64,000 nt of DNA from NCBI GenBank assembly GCA_965603825.1, contig CBFDEM010000021.1:496001-560000 (forward strand), in the 5' to 3' direction. The notes beneath the pieces are model-generated. The model saw nothing but the letters and a program-made list of their open reading frames with translations, had not been told where the DNA came from and did not search any database. The translations under genes were made by a program, and so were the position numbers. Source of the stretch: Blepharisma stoltei ATCC 30299 (taxonomy: Eukaryota > Protista > Ciliophora). Positions 14,116 to 25,004 of this stretch are shown piece after piece (position 1 is the stretch's first letter; every line of letters starts with the position of its first letter).

Positions 14116-14931
14116 TTAGCTTGATATAACATCACTGTATTTTGATAAAATTTTCTTCATATCGTTGTCGATTCTTTCTCTTTCTGTTCGTTTTCTTTCC
14201 AACTCTGCAACCATTTCAGCTCTTTTTGCATTTACAATGTTTTGGGCTTCTTCAGCAGCTTGCTTCTCTATTTCAACTCTAATGGCTTTTTGCTTTTCTT
14301 TATTAAGCTCTAGCTCTTCTTGAATTTCTTTATCCACACTATTAAAAGAACTCCCTTCAATCAAATCTTCTTCTCCAGCCCGAATTCCGAATTTTTTACT
14401 AAAATCATGACTTTCCTCATCAACTTTTGTGAAAAAGTCATTATTTTCTTCGATTTCTTGGGCGTGTTCGTGGCTTTCCTCAAGTTTCTGTACAAATCCA
14501 TAATTTTCTCCGGCTTCTTGGATAGGCTCATGGCTTTCCTCAAATTTCTTTACAAATACATAATTTTCTTCCTGAATCCCTATTTCTTTGTTTGCCTCAA
14601 TTACTTGGTAAATTTCTGTAGGCTTAACTGGAGACTCAAATGCATTTTCTTTTACCTCGATTTTTGTTGGACTATTCGTAATAACTTGCTCACTTAAAAT
14701 TGCTGGAGCCAAAACTTCACTGTCAATTTTTTCTAAAGGTCTTTCAGTGCCTAAACTTTCTTTAGTCTGCTGTAACGTTTGATTTCTTCTTGATGTAAGG
14801 CTTTTACGACTTTTCTTTTTAAGTAATTCTTTTTTAAATGATAATTGAAAGCCGTCTTCGACAGATTTGGGAAGATTAAAGTCAAGCGATATTTGACGCT
14901 CTAAAGGTCTGGTTGGAGCTCCGCATCCCAT
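14116..14931 (-). CDS. Hypothetical acidic/coiled-coil protein with MGC acylation-type N-terminus
   Basis: Track ORF; three imperfect ENxxFxxKxxEESH repeats. Confidence 0.65.
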   Translation of the reverse strand: MGCGAPTRPLERQISLDFNLPKSVEDGFQLSFKKELLKKKSRKSLTSRRNQTLQQTKESLGTERPLEKIDSEVLAPAILSEQVITNSPTKIEVKENAFESPVKPTEIYQVIEANKEIGIQEENYVFVKKFEESHEPIQEAGENYGFVQKLEESHEHAQEIEENNDFFTKVDEESHDFSKKFGIRAGEEDLIEGSSFNSVDKEIQEELELNKEKQKAIRVEIEKQAAEEAQNIVNAKRAEMVAELERKRTERERIDNDMKKILSKYSDVISS

Positions 14932-14975
14932 TGTTAAATTTTAATTAGAAATCATATGTCAGAAAAATAATTATT

Positions 14976-15599
14976 ATGCTCACAAATAAAACTGAATTTA
15001 GACTCAAAATTCTGGGGCTGTGGATTTTCGTGGGGCTGTGCATTTTAACGAGCTCGCTGACGATAAAATATTGGTTTTATTTGGATGAAATAGGATTTAA
15101 TGTGATTGGGACTAATTTATTTCAATTGTCAGATACTGTGTCATTTCATGAAGATTGTATGACTTATCTAAGTTTTTCTAATGGATTTCATTGCTTATGT
15201 GAGAAAGATCTATGTGAGACTTTAGGAAATCTTTATATAATTGGAAAGGTTCAAATTTCGGTGATTTTTTTGGCGATTCCATCAATAATTTGCCAAATTA
15301 TGAATATCAGAAGGAAGATATGGAGAATTGAAGAAAGAGCCCAGCTGCAGCCTTCATTTTTTGATAATGATATCGTGCACTTTATTTCTCCTTTATTTAT
15401 TCTAGGAAGCTTAATTGTTTGGACTGCCTTAGCTTGCTATATAGGTCCAGAAACAGGAAGAAACCTATGAAATTCAGGGACTTTTAGAATCGGTCCAGCT
15501 TGCAAAAACGCTATTGTCTCAGGACTAATGTTGGGATGGGGTTGTTTTTATTATTTTCATACAGTTAGAAAAGATTATCGTAATGAATTTTTTGGATAA
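14976..15599 (+). CDS. Hypothetical four-TM membrane protein
   Basis: Track ORF extended through TGA 15468 to TAA 15597-15599; four hydrophobic segments. Confidence 0.65.
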
Positions 15600-15897
15600 T
15601 ATTATATAAGTCATAAAGGGTAAAATGGTCACTAAAACAAATATTCGAATGAGCACAAAAATATCAAAAATAAGATTTAGAAGAGTCATTTAAGCTAAAA
15701 TTAAAATTTTTTAGATATAGTTGATACATAAGAAAAAATAGTAGCAGAAATTAAGAAGAAAATTTATAAACAATTCTATTTGAGCACCAAATAAAATTCT
15801 TAAATTGTCATTTTTCTATATTCTGTGTTTGCTACTTTGCAATTAATCTTATGGCTTGTTTAATTAAAAAAATTGAATTTAATTAATATTTCACTCC

Positions 15898-17799
15898 ATG
15901 AAAGGATTCAAGAAGCTGTTTAACAAGAAGGATAAAGATCACAACCTTCAGCAAGAGCAAGCACACAATTCGCTCCCTCAAGCACCTCAACAGTCTCAAC
16001 CACCTCAAGAAGGGTATGTAACAATGGATAGCTCATCTCTTTATAATATGCCTGCTTCTGATCTTGTTGAAATCATTTATAAATATGATTCCGAGGTAAA
16101 ACACTTGAATCAGCAAATCTCAACTGATTCGGAGCAGCTTGCACAGTTCAAAAAGGATTTCCCTGATCTACAGGAGAAGCTGGCATTATTTAAGAAGCAC
16201 TCTGAAGAATTGCAAAGCGAATTGAGCAAGGTAGAGGCTGAGCTTGCAGATACACAGACTTCACTTGAAAATAGAAAAGCTGAGCTGGATTTGACAAAGA
16301 GCCAGCTCGTTTCAAAGGACGAGCTTTTAGCTAATTATAGAAAGCAAGTAGAAGACTTTCAAACGCAAATATCAGAACTTGAAAATCAAAGTATACAAAT
16401 TCCAGAATCCACTGGGAATTGTTGCACTGACAGAGAAGCTGAAATCGCAAAACTTCGCTCAGAAATTTCTAAATTAAAATCAAGCTTATCTGAGTCTAAC
16501 AAGCTAGGCCAAGAAGTCCAGGAATTGAGAATCACTAATAAAATGCTTGAATCAGAGATTGCCAAAATGTCGATACAAAATGAAAACAATAGTAGCCAAA
16601 TAAAAAATCTCAATGAAAAAATAGTTCAAATAGAAAAACTAAAGCAAGAAATTGAAATAGAATGCCACAAGAGACAAATTAATTTAGATTCTCTAGAAAG
16701 AGAGCTTTCTAGAATGCAATTTCAAAAAGAATCAATGGAAACTGAAATCCGCGCTTTAAGAGAAAATTTGAGCATAAAAGAAAAAAAATACAATAAAAAG
16801 CAAAGTAAAATCGAGATAATGCAGGATCAGCTTTCAGAGAAAACAAATGAAATTTATAAGCTCAAGCATGAATTAGAGACAGGGAAACATAACAGCCAAG
16901 TTGAAATATATCAAATAATTGAAAGCCATAAAAAAGAAATGACTAGTCTTGAAAATCAATATAAGCAAAAAATAGCCCAATTGGAAAATGCAATCATTGA
17001 GAGTAAAAAAGGAGAAAATAACGGAAATGACAAATACCTGGAAAAAATCAGCATTTTTGAGCAGCAAAATAAAGAATACAACTTGAAACTGACAGAATTA
17101 AACGAAATTCACAGAGATCTCTCATTGAAAATTTTAGATCTAGAAAAAGAAAACAAAGCATTAGAAGAGAGTTTAAAAAAGTCCCAGCACAAGCGAGAAC
17201 TTGCTAGACAAGAAGTGATTAGGTTATCGCAAAAACTAGAACAAAAAAACTCTGAAGTGAAGTCTATGCCATCTCCTACAAAGAATGAAAACTTCGATTT
17301 CAAATTATCTGCATCAGAGTTATCAAAGTACGAATTGAAAGCATTATCCCTATTTAAACTCGAGCTTGAAGCTTTATATAAAATGCTTATGAAAATCATG
17401 ATGAGTTCTAATACAACCCAGAAAAATGGGTCATTTATATACAGTATAAGAAGTGACGAGTTTTCAAATCTAGAGCAGAAGCTTAATAACATTGTCATGC
17501 AAGTCCATGAAGCTTTAGACTCTCCTGAAGCTCATATTCAAACTGCTCCTGCTGAAAATGTAAATTCATGGTCATCTAAGCTAACAAGCGCAGTTTCGAT
17601 TGTTAAGAGGGGAATGAGTGATAGAGGACCTGTAAAATTATTTTCTTGCATGTCTTCGCAAGAAGAATCAAAAGGAAATATGATACCAAAAACTTCCCAA
17701 GGTAGGAGGCTAATAAGCAATACAGGAGGACCACGATCGGCAACCCCTGGATTACAAGAACAAGAAAGAAATGGAAGAAAAAAGCCAGCTGAAGTGTAA
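15898..17799 (+). CDS. Long coiled-coil protein
   Basis: 633-aa ORF rich in E/K/Q/L heptads. Confidence 0.8.
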   Translation: MKGFKKLFNKKDKDHNLQQEQAHNSLPQAPQQSQPPQEGYVTMDSSSLYNMPASDLVEIIYKYDSEVKHLNQQISTDSEQLAQFKKDFPDLQEKLALFKKHSEELQSELSKVEAELADTQTSLENRKAELDLTKSQLVSKDELLANYRKQVEDFQTQISELENQSIQIPESTGNCCTDREAEIAKLRSEISKLKSSLSESNKLGQEVQELRITNKMLESEIAKMSIQNENNSSQIKNLNEKIVQIEKLKQEIEIECHKRQINLDSLERELSRMQFQKESMETEIRALRENLSIKEKKYNKKQSKIEIMQDQLSEKTNEIYKLKHELETGKHNSQVEIYQIIESHKKEMTSLENQYKQKIAQLENAIIESKKGENNGNDKYLEKISIFEQQNKEYNLKLTELNEIHRDLSLKILDLEKENKALEESLKKSQHKRELARQEVIRLSQKLEQKNSEVKSMPSPTKNENFDFKLSASELSKYELKALSLFKLELEALYKMLMKIMMSSNTTQKNGSFIYSIRSDEFSNLEQKLNNIVMQVHEALDSPEAHIQTAPAENVNSWSSKLTSAVSIVKRGMSDRGPVKLFSCMSSQEESKGNMIPKTSQGRRLISNTGGPRSATPGLQEQERNGRKKPAEV

Positions 17800-17921
17800 T
17801 GTGAATTAAATTATTTATTTATTTTGAAGATTAAAATAAATATTATTTATTAGACTGATTCCATAAAGAACTACGCCATTGTTAATTATTCGATCTTTTT
17901 CCTATATCTTAATATTAATTC

Positions 17922-18662
17922 CTACAAATATGAAAGAACTTGCCTTTCCTTCATATCATAGTAGCTAAAATCATCAAGAAGACTTTTATACTTACTCAAT
18001 TTTGTAAACTCCTTAAGAATTTTGCAGCCTAATTTCACTGAGATTTCTTCAGAATCTGGTATTGAATCAAAATTGTTATAATTTAACTTAATTTGTTTCA
18101 GTCTTTTTTCATGCAAATCCTTAACAAATATCCATCTTACACCAAAATACCCCAAATTGCTGAAATTCGGGTACCATCCATTGAATCTCGCAGTAAAGTT
18201 AACGGCTGAAATCATTTCTGCGCATCCTACTAACATTCCTGAATTTATAACTGAAAAAAACAAATAAATCGGCATCATTCCATTTGCTTCTCTAAAAACA
18301 TGGTTCATTTTGTTATTGTTTTCATACGAACTTGTCCAAATTCCATATTTGACTGATTTGTGCACATCGTCTTCGCATTGAGATTTCATAATAAAAAACC
18401 GAGCATTCATAAGATTGCACTCAAAATCTTGAGGATTCAATTGTTGAAGCTCTTGAGATGTGATAGGAGGAATATCTGAAACATCCAAGGCTTGCAAAGG
18501 AGTTTTCGCACGAGAACTAACGGAAAGGAGCTCTGTATCGGCAGGCCCTTGCTGCTGGACATATGATGGATAATAAGGGGGAAACCATACGCCAGAATGG
18601 TATTGAGGAGAGTACCAGGGAACGTAGCAGGGTAAATAATACGCATCTCGAGGGAAATCCAT
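17922..18662 (-). CDS. YTH-domain protein (m6A-RNA reader family)
   Basis: ARFFIMKS, KSVKYGIW, IYLFFSV and FGVRWIFVKD motifs. Confidence 0.9.
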   Translation of the reverse strand: MDFPRDAYYLPCYVPWYSPQYHSGVWFPPYYPSYVQQQGPADTELLSVSSRAKTPLQALDVSDIPPITSQELQQLNPQDFECNLMNARFFIMKSQCEDDVHKSVKYGIWTSSYENNNKMNHVFREANGMMPIYLFFSVINSGMLVGCAEMISAVNFTARFNGWYPNFSNLGYFGVRWIFVKDLHEKRLKQIKLNYNNFDSIPDSEEISVKLGCKILKEFTKLSKYKSLLDDFSYYDMKERQVLSYL

Positions 18663-18950
18663 TTTTAATTGGAAAATGAAAAGAATTTAAAATTTTAATT
18701 AGAAATGCAAGGGCTATTATTAAAGAAACAATAAATATAAGAAAAGGATTCAAATTAGCATAAGATTATTGCTATTAATTATAAAAGAAAAACATTTAAT
18801 TATGATTAACAAAGAATTATGAATCAAGTCTTAGTATCTAGAAGAAATATTTTTTAGTAATAAAAGACCTATTAATGCTATTTTATTAGTAAGATTTGAT
18901 TATTACTTATAAAATTAGACATCTTAATATGCGCTCATAAATAAAGGTAA

Positions 18951-19538
18951 ATGGATTCATATTTGCCTTTAGTCATTCCAAGGGCTAATCCTATTACTCT
19001 TTATTATCGTGTCCACCAGACTAATCCTGAAACCACATTATTTGTATGCTCCCTTGAAAAGCCATTGAAAAAGCCAAGAGTAAAGAAATGGTTTTCCTTT
19101 TGTGGCAAAATAAAATCCATCGAGACAGGAGAAATGACCAAAAAGAACCAACAAATTTACTATGCAACAGTAGAATTTAAGAAAAAGATTTCATTGAAGA
19201 AATCCTTGGATAATGTCTGGCTTAATCAAAAAATTGAAGAATTGTATGGAAACAAAGAAATGGAAGTAGAGCCAGAAATTGATGATAAAATGGCTGAGCA
19301 TATAGCTAAAATGGAAGAAGGTGGGTTTACAATGGTATTACCTAAGAAAACCAAGAAAAATAAATATAATATTGCAGCTGTTCCAGAAAGCATGGATGTG
19401 GAATTAAGCAAAAAGAGACCAAGATCTGAGGCCACAAATTTTTACAATTTCCAAGTAGAAGAAGGAAAATCATTGAAAAGAATGAAAGCTGATGAAGAAG
19501 TTGTAGAAAAGAAGAAAAAGAAAAAAGAAAAAGAATAA
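18951..19538 (+). CDS. Rrp7-like rRNA processing protein
   Basis: N-terminal RRM-like segment; EEGGFTMV and NFYNFQ resemble Rrp7 C-terminal motifs. Confidence 0.6.
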   Translation: MDSYLPLVIPRANPITLYYRVHQTNPETTLFVCSLEKPLKKPRVKKWFSFCGKIKSIETGEMTKKNQQIYYATVEFKKKISLKKSLDNVWLNQKIEELYGNKEMEVEPEIDDKMAEHIAKMEEGGFTMVLPKKTKKNKYNIAAVPESMDVELSKKRPRSEATNFYNFQVEEGKSLKRMKADEEVVEKKKKKKEKE

Positions 19539-19780
19539 ATTTTATCATAATATTTATATTTCATGAATTTCAATTTGTTAATATTTATATCTTTTAAAAT
19601 TATTCCATTTTTTAACATTTTAAGCAATTTATAATTATTGAAAGTTCTTTATCAATTAATTTACAAACACAGACACAAACAATTTTAAGAAATTCTAGGA
19701 TGGTTTTAATGATTTTATTAATAATTATGATAAAATATTACCAAATTTGGTTGAAATAATTCTAATGAAAGTATAGTAAA

Positions 19781-20779
19781 ATGTCTTCAAAGAAAGTAGA
19801 TAATCATCCAGAGGTTTCAGCTCAGCCTCCTAAAGTCTTATTAGATAGACGCACAATTGCTCCAATTTTATCATTAGATTTTGGTATTCAAGTTTTAAAT
19901 CTAGAGTCTGACCTTGAAAAATATCCAAGTGCCATGACAGTGCATGAACTTGTGAATTTATATTCACAAGCAATTGAATATTATGAATATTATAAAGATC
20001 CAAAGCATTTTGATTATGAAAATAAACTTCATACACTTTTAGTCAGGCCAGATATTATCTCACTTGTTGAATCTGATGGCATTGTACGAAAAAGAAGAAT
20101 GACAATAGAATTCCCAGCTCCTTCATCGAAAAATTATGAAGCAGTTAAAGCTCAAAGAAAAGAAGAAAGCCAAGCAAAAGATAATGCCTTGTCTGAAAAA
20201 CTTGATAAAATGATTCAAGCTCCAGAAAAGGCCGAAAAATCTTTAGTTCGTATAGAAAATAACCGAGACAAAAGAGACAAAGAAGCCTCTTCAAAAATTT
20301 TTTCTGATTTTAACTCCCAAGATGAAAATCTTAATAGAAGACTTTCATCAAGGAAAAAATTAAAAGAAAATAAAAAAAATCTGTCAAGGTCACGAATTTC
20401 CTCAGCCAACTCATCAGATTTTGATATAAGCGATCTAATTTCCACTGGAATAGATTCTGTAAACTCAAGCATGGCGATTCCAGCATCAGATAACTCAAAA
20501 ACAGAGAGATCTGAATTGGTATCTCAGTATGAAAGTCTTATAGAAGAAATTCTTGAAAAAGGTTGCCAAGAAGAAGCTCTTGTTATTTCAGAAATTAAAA
20601 TTAAATACAAAAATCAGCTGAGAGTTATGGAAGAATCAGGGAGAATTGGGAAAAGTGTTAAAGATGATATGAAAGAAAAAGTTAGAGCTGAAGTAAAAAA
20701 TTCAATAAAAATCCTGAAGGAAAAAAGAAAAGAAGAAATCCATCAATTAAAAGAAAAATTCCGAAGCCAGCTAAGTTAA
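19781..20779 (+). CDS. Hypothetical protein
   Basis: 332-aa ORF with an LVNLYSQAIEYY helical motif. Confidence 0.7.
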   Translation: MSSKKVDNHPEVSAQPPKVLLDRRTIAPILSLDFGIQVLNLESDLEKYPSAMTVHELVNLYSQAIEYYEYYKDPKHFDYENKLHTLLVRPDIISLVESDGIVRKRRMTIEFPAPSSKNYEAVKAQRKEESQAKDNALSEKLDKMIQAPEKAEKSLVRIENNRDKRDKEASSKIFSDFNSQDENLNRRLSSRKKLKENKKNLSRSRISSANSSDFDISDLISTGIDSVNSSMAIPASDNSKTERSELVSQYESLIEEILEKGCQEEALVISEIKIKYKNQLRVMEESGRIGKSVKDDMKEKVRAEVKNSIKILKEKRKEEIHQLKEKFRSQLS

Positions 20780-20847
20780 AAAAAATTTACTGTGCTAACT
20801 ATATAATTAATGTATTTTGTAAATATAGTTATTAGAATATAATTTTG

Positions 20848-21210
20848 ATGTGGGGTCCGTTATTAAGAAAACTATTGATGACTTATGGGATGAAGTATGC
20901 AAAGACTTTTATAGTTGCAACTGTTAGAGCTTTAGAGAGTAAGATATACTTAGAATCTGGATATCAACCCCAAAAATTCTTTGAAGAAATGCTATCTAAG
21001 ACAACCTTTTCTAAAACTGCTTTTAATCGCCCAATGACAACAGAAGAAGCTCTAAAAATTCTTAATGTCCAAAGCCATTCAACTAAAGAAGAAATTGAAG
21101 AAAACTTCAAAACGTTATATGGAAAAAATAGCTCTGAGAAAGGAGGATCAGTCTATATACAATGCAAAGTTATGAGTGCTAAAGATCATTTGCTAAATAA
21201 TAAGGAATAA
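20848..21210 (+). CDS. PAM16: Pam16/Tim16 mitochondrial import motor J-like protein
   Basis: MTTEEALKILNV...LYGKN..EKGGSVYIQCKV; probable stop-free 15-nt intron at 20939-20953. Confidence 0.8.
   Translation: MWGPLLRKLLMTYGMKYAKTFIVATVRALESKIYLESGYQPQKFFEEMLSKTTFSKTAFNRPMTTEEALKILNVQSHSTKEEIEENFKTLYGKNSSEKGGSVYIQCKVMSAKDHLLNNKE
20939..20953 (+). other. Probable 15-nt intron GTAAGATATACTTAG (in frame, no stop)
   Basis: Matches the intron consensus but is not needed to keep the ORF open. Confidence 0.6.
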
Positions 21211-21226
21211 TTATATGTGATAATTA

Positions 21227-23134
21227 TTAAGTAAAAATATCTGTTTTCCCAATTTTTAGCCAAGTTTTTAAGTCAACTTTCTTTGCGTCCCATCCAATTT
21301 GATTCAATTGCCTATCCATTACTTTATTAAACCCTGATTTAATAATTCCATCGCTTCCTTCTAAAAACGAACTTTCATCACCAATCATCAAACCTTTTTT
21401 AGTTTTTTTGACAGCAAAATCAAAAACATAAGGAAATTCGCTATGATTTTCTATAAAATCGATTTTCTTTAATTGCAAAGTTGTCTTTATTGCTTCTTTT
21501 AATGGGCTATTTTCTGACTTATGTTCTTGCTTATCATAATTATATTTAAAATCAGCCATTTTATCGGTAATACCCCTACTAAAGCAATACTCATTTCCAT
21601 GCTCATGCTTCAACCATATACTTATTTGCTGCATCATAATATGGTTTTTTTCCCCTTGCAATTCTTCTGGATTTAATACTGAAGCAGAAATGCATTTTTC
21701 AATCAAAGGCTTTGAATATCTATCAAAAACGCAGTAGGCCCATAAGTACTCAAGTATTAGTCCTGAATATGAGTCATCTTCATTGTCACTTTCCTCTTCT
21801 TCTTTTTCTAATTCTTCATTTTCTTTGATTTCACTTAAAGACTTTAAAAGCAACTCTTCAGACTTTTCTAACACATTTTGCCATATTTCCAGCTGGTGTT
21901 CTGTGTGAGGCATAGTAGAATTAAATCTGTCTGGGTAGTTCAATATAGCTAAATAGTGCATAAACCTGCATAAATTTTCCATTTCAATTTCAGCCCTTGG
22001 ATTATTTAGTCCTTTCTGCATTTCAGAGACTATAAGATCAAGGAAGACTAATTGGAAAATTTCGAATTTTGCTGCAACTTCTAAGTAAGTATTGATGAAA
22101 TGAAATATTGAATGGCTTTTAATTGACTGCACAATATTACTTTTGTTGAATATATGTGAAACGAAAATCTTTGTGGTAATTTGATAAAAGAGATCTTTTC
22201 CTCTGCTATGCTTGTAATCAAAATTTCTAAGTACTTGTATCAATCTGTCTGGCTGTGAAAACTCGAAACTAGACACATTTTGATTCTCAATATCAACTTC
22301 TATTGCAATTTTATCTGCTAATAAGTTGAGCATGTTAGCCTTAATTGGACCTATAAGATTAGAAAATCCTTCATTTCCAGCAGCTATTAATCGATCTCTG
22401 TTATAAGGGAATTTCATTTTTTTCATAAACGCTTTTATAAGTGCATCTAGGGCTTCTCTATTAAAGTTTGATTGGTCAACTGGGATTTTGTTAAAATTTG
22501 AGTCTCTTTTTAATAAAACTGTTCGAATTAAACAAATAAAATCATAAGTCGTTCAATGATCGAAGCCTGTGTAATTTTTACTGTTTTGCTGATTAAATTT
22601 TTCGGTAGCTGTATTTTGAACCATATTATGTGCTGCAATATCAAATTTTCGGCATTGATTTCCAAAAGTGCAAAGTTCTTGCAGTGAAAATTCATTTAAT
22701 TTTTCTAAGCCAATTTTTATTATATAATCTGTGGAACTCTTTTGGAACATTCATCTATAAACTCTATTCTTATTGGCAAATTTTAAATAATTAATGATAT
22801 TTTCTGGAGTCCACTCAATATCTTTGTCAATTTCAATTCTTTTGTGTAATTTTATGTAAAAATCAGATAGAAAACTACGATCTTTTAGTTTTCGTTTGAC
22901 ATAGCGGTCAACATAACTTGATACTGAAAGGGCTTTTAATAATTCTTGACAATTCATGTCTGTATAATTTGTTTCATACGATTCCTAAGTAATTTTTACA
23001 AGAAAGGTCGAGTAAATTCTATATGGCTCAGATGTATCTTTGAAACATCTCATATAATCGAGCTGGATTGGCTTTTCTTGAGTAAAAAATTTCAATCATT
23101 CTTTTGCGAAAAGCCTTTTTGATAGCCGGAACAT
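21227..23134 (-). CDS. Mitochondrial-targeted protein with C-terminal RAP-like domain
   Basis: Presequence-like start MFRLSKRLFA. Joined via TGAs and intron 22985-22999. C-terminal FDFA...RQLNQIGWDAKKV..W. Confidence 0.65.
22985..22999 (-). other. 15-nt intron GTAAAAATTACTTAG
   Basis: Removes an in-frame TAG. Confidence 0.8.
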
Positions 23135-23695
23135 TATTTACTAATAAAAATTCGATAAAATATTAAAGAAGAATTAATAAACTAAGCTTGAGAGCTTTGA
23201 AGGAGTTTTAAATTGCTATAGTGGATGAGAATATTTTAAATTATTGCATGCGTAAACACAAATATTATAATTTAATCTCTTGGCGAATAAGGCTAAGATA
23301 AGAATTGGTTTAATATTCAATTAATATAATGCAAGATTTAAATGCTTAAAAATATATAATTAATCTTGTTTAAAGAGCAATTCGAGAAATTTGACTATCA
23401 TTTGAAAACCAAATATTATAAATTTTTGATGAATTCCAATTAAAAAATTTGAAAAAAATTCCATAATTTTCCTATAAAATGCAAAAATTTAAATTATTGT
23501 CTTTCTGGGATGCAAATAAAAGTATTTATATGTCTTCAATTTATCAAAACTCGACATTTTTAAAATTATAAATGAAATTTGGGATTGCGGGTTTTTGACT
23601 TTGAAAAAGGAGGGGATTTTGATACACACAATGATATTTTATGAAAAGGGTGGGATTATTGACTTTTTTGCGGTCAGGGGCTTAACAATTAATAT

Positions 23696-24892
23696 ATGTC
23701 CATACAAAACTCTACTTACTCATTGAACAGTGTTTCAACAGATGACAGTATTGCTATGCTTTTAGAGTGCGATGAAACCTTAGAAGACAAGCCTTCATCT
23801 ACAAACATCTTTCGAATCCCGAGTCAAGTCCTGCATCCTCCTTCCGACTATTTATCCTTGCTAAAAGATAAAGAAAGCGAATATTCCGTAAACCCGAAAC
23901 AATGACTGAGCATGCAAACCCAGCTGAATTCAGAAATGAGAGGAATTTTATTAGACTGGCTGATGGAAGTGAGCGGAGAGTATCGATTTAAACGTGAAAC
24001 ATATTATTTAGCTATGTCGTATGTTGATAGATATTTGCTACAGAAACAGGTTGAAAAAGATGTTTTTCAACTCATTGGTTTGGCAGCGCTTGCTATTGCA
24101 GTAAAAGCAGAAGAAATTAAAACACTTAAACTTGAAGATCTTGCTAAAGCAGCTGATTATGCTTTTGATGAAAATGAAATTAGAAAGATGGAAATTCAAT
24201 TACTAGCACAGCTTCAATGAAAAATATATCCCATAACACCTTTTCACTGATTAAGCTATCTTATGACTCAATGAGATATTTATATTATGAGCATGTTTAA
24301 TATGTTTCATATGGAGCAAGATCAATTCATCACTTATGACCGAGAAATATTCCGAGATGTAGCTGAAGAAGAAATAGTGATTCTTTTCAAACAGCCTAAT
24401 AAGTCAGCTTATAAAAGGTACAGAGAAGCGCTATTTCTGCTAGATATGTTGCACATGGAGCTTTCTTCATATACTTTTACCTCTAGAGAATTGGGTATTG
24501 GACTTTTATATATTTTGATAAAAAAATATTTCGAACAGTCAAATTTCTCATTATTTCTACTCCACAACGAATTTAAAACACATTTTTACAATGAAGAAGC
24601 AAGCGATGCAGAAAGATACACGCAAGGCTCTCTAATTTTATATGAAATATTTTCTGATTTTGCTGCAAAAACAGCTGAAATTTATGATCTCCAAGACATG
24701 GGATTTTTGTTTCAGCTAATTTCACTATTTTCTAGTTGTGCTCCGAATTTGAATTTCAGAAGCTTTGATATTAGAAGGGAGTGCGTTGGAAGGGAAAGGA
24801 ATCAATTGAGTTACGAAGAATTTCTTGGCATACAAACTTATAATGCTGAAGTTTGGAAAACTGTAAGCGAAATAATAAAAAGTTCGGTGTAA
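23696..24892 (+). CDS. Cyclin (A/E-like cyclin box)
   Basis: MRGILLDWL, ETYYLAMSYVDRYL, QLIGLAAL.IA.K.EE and LQ(W=TGA)KIYPITP; three track ORFs share one frame. Confidence 0.9.
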
Positions 24893-25004
24893 GTTTAGAT
24901 CAGATAGGAGATTCTGATGTATCATCATAAAAAAGATATAATAATAAATAGAATCTATATATTCCTAATCTGTAAGAAAAAAATTAAGGTGTATAAAATT
25001 AAAT

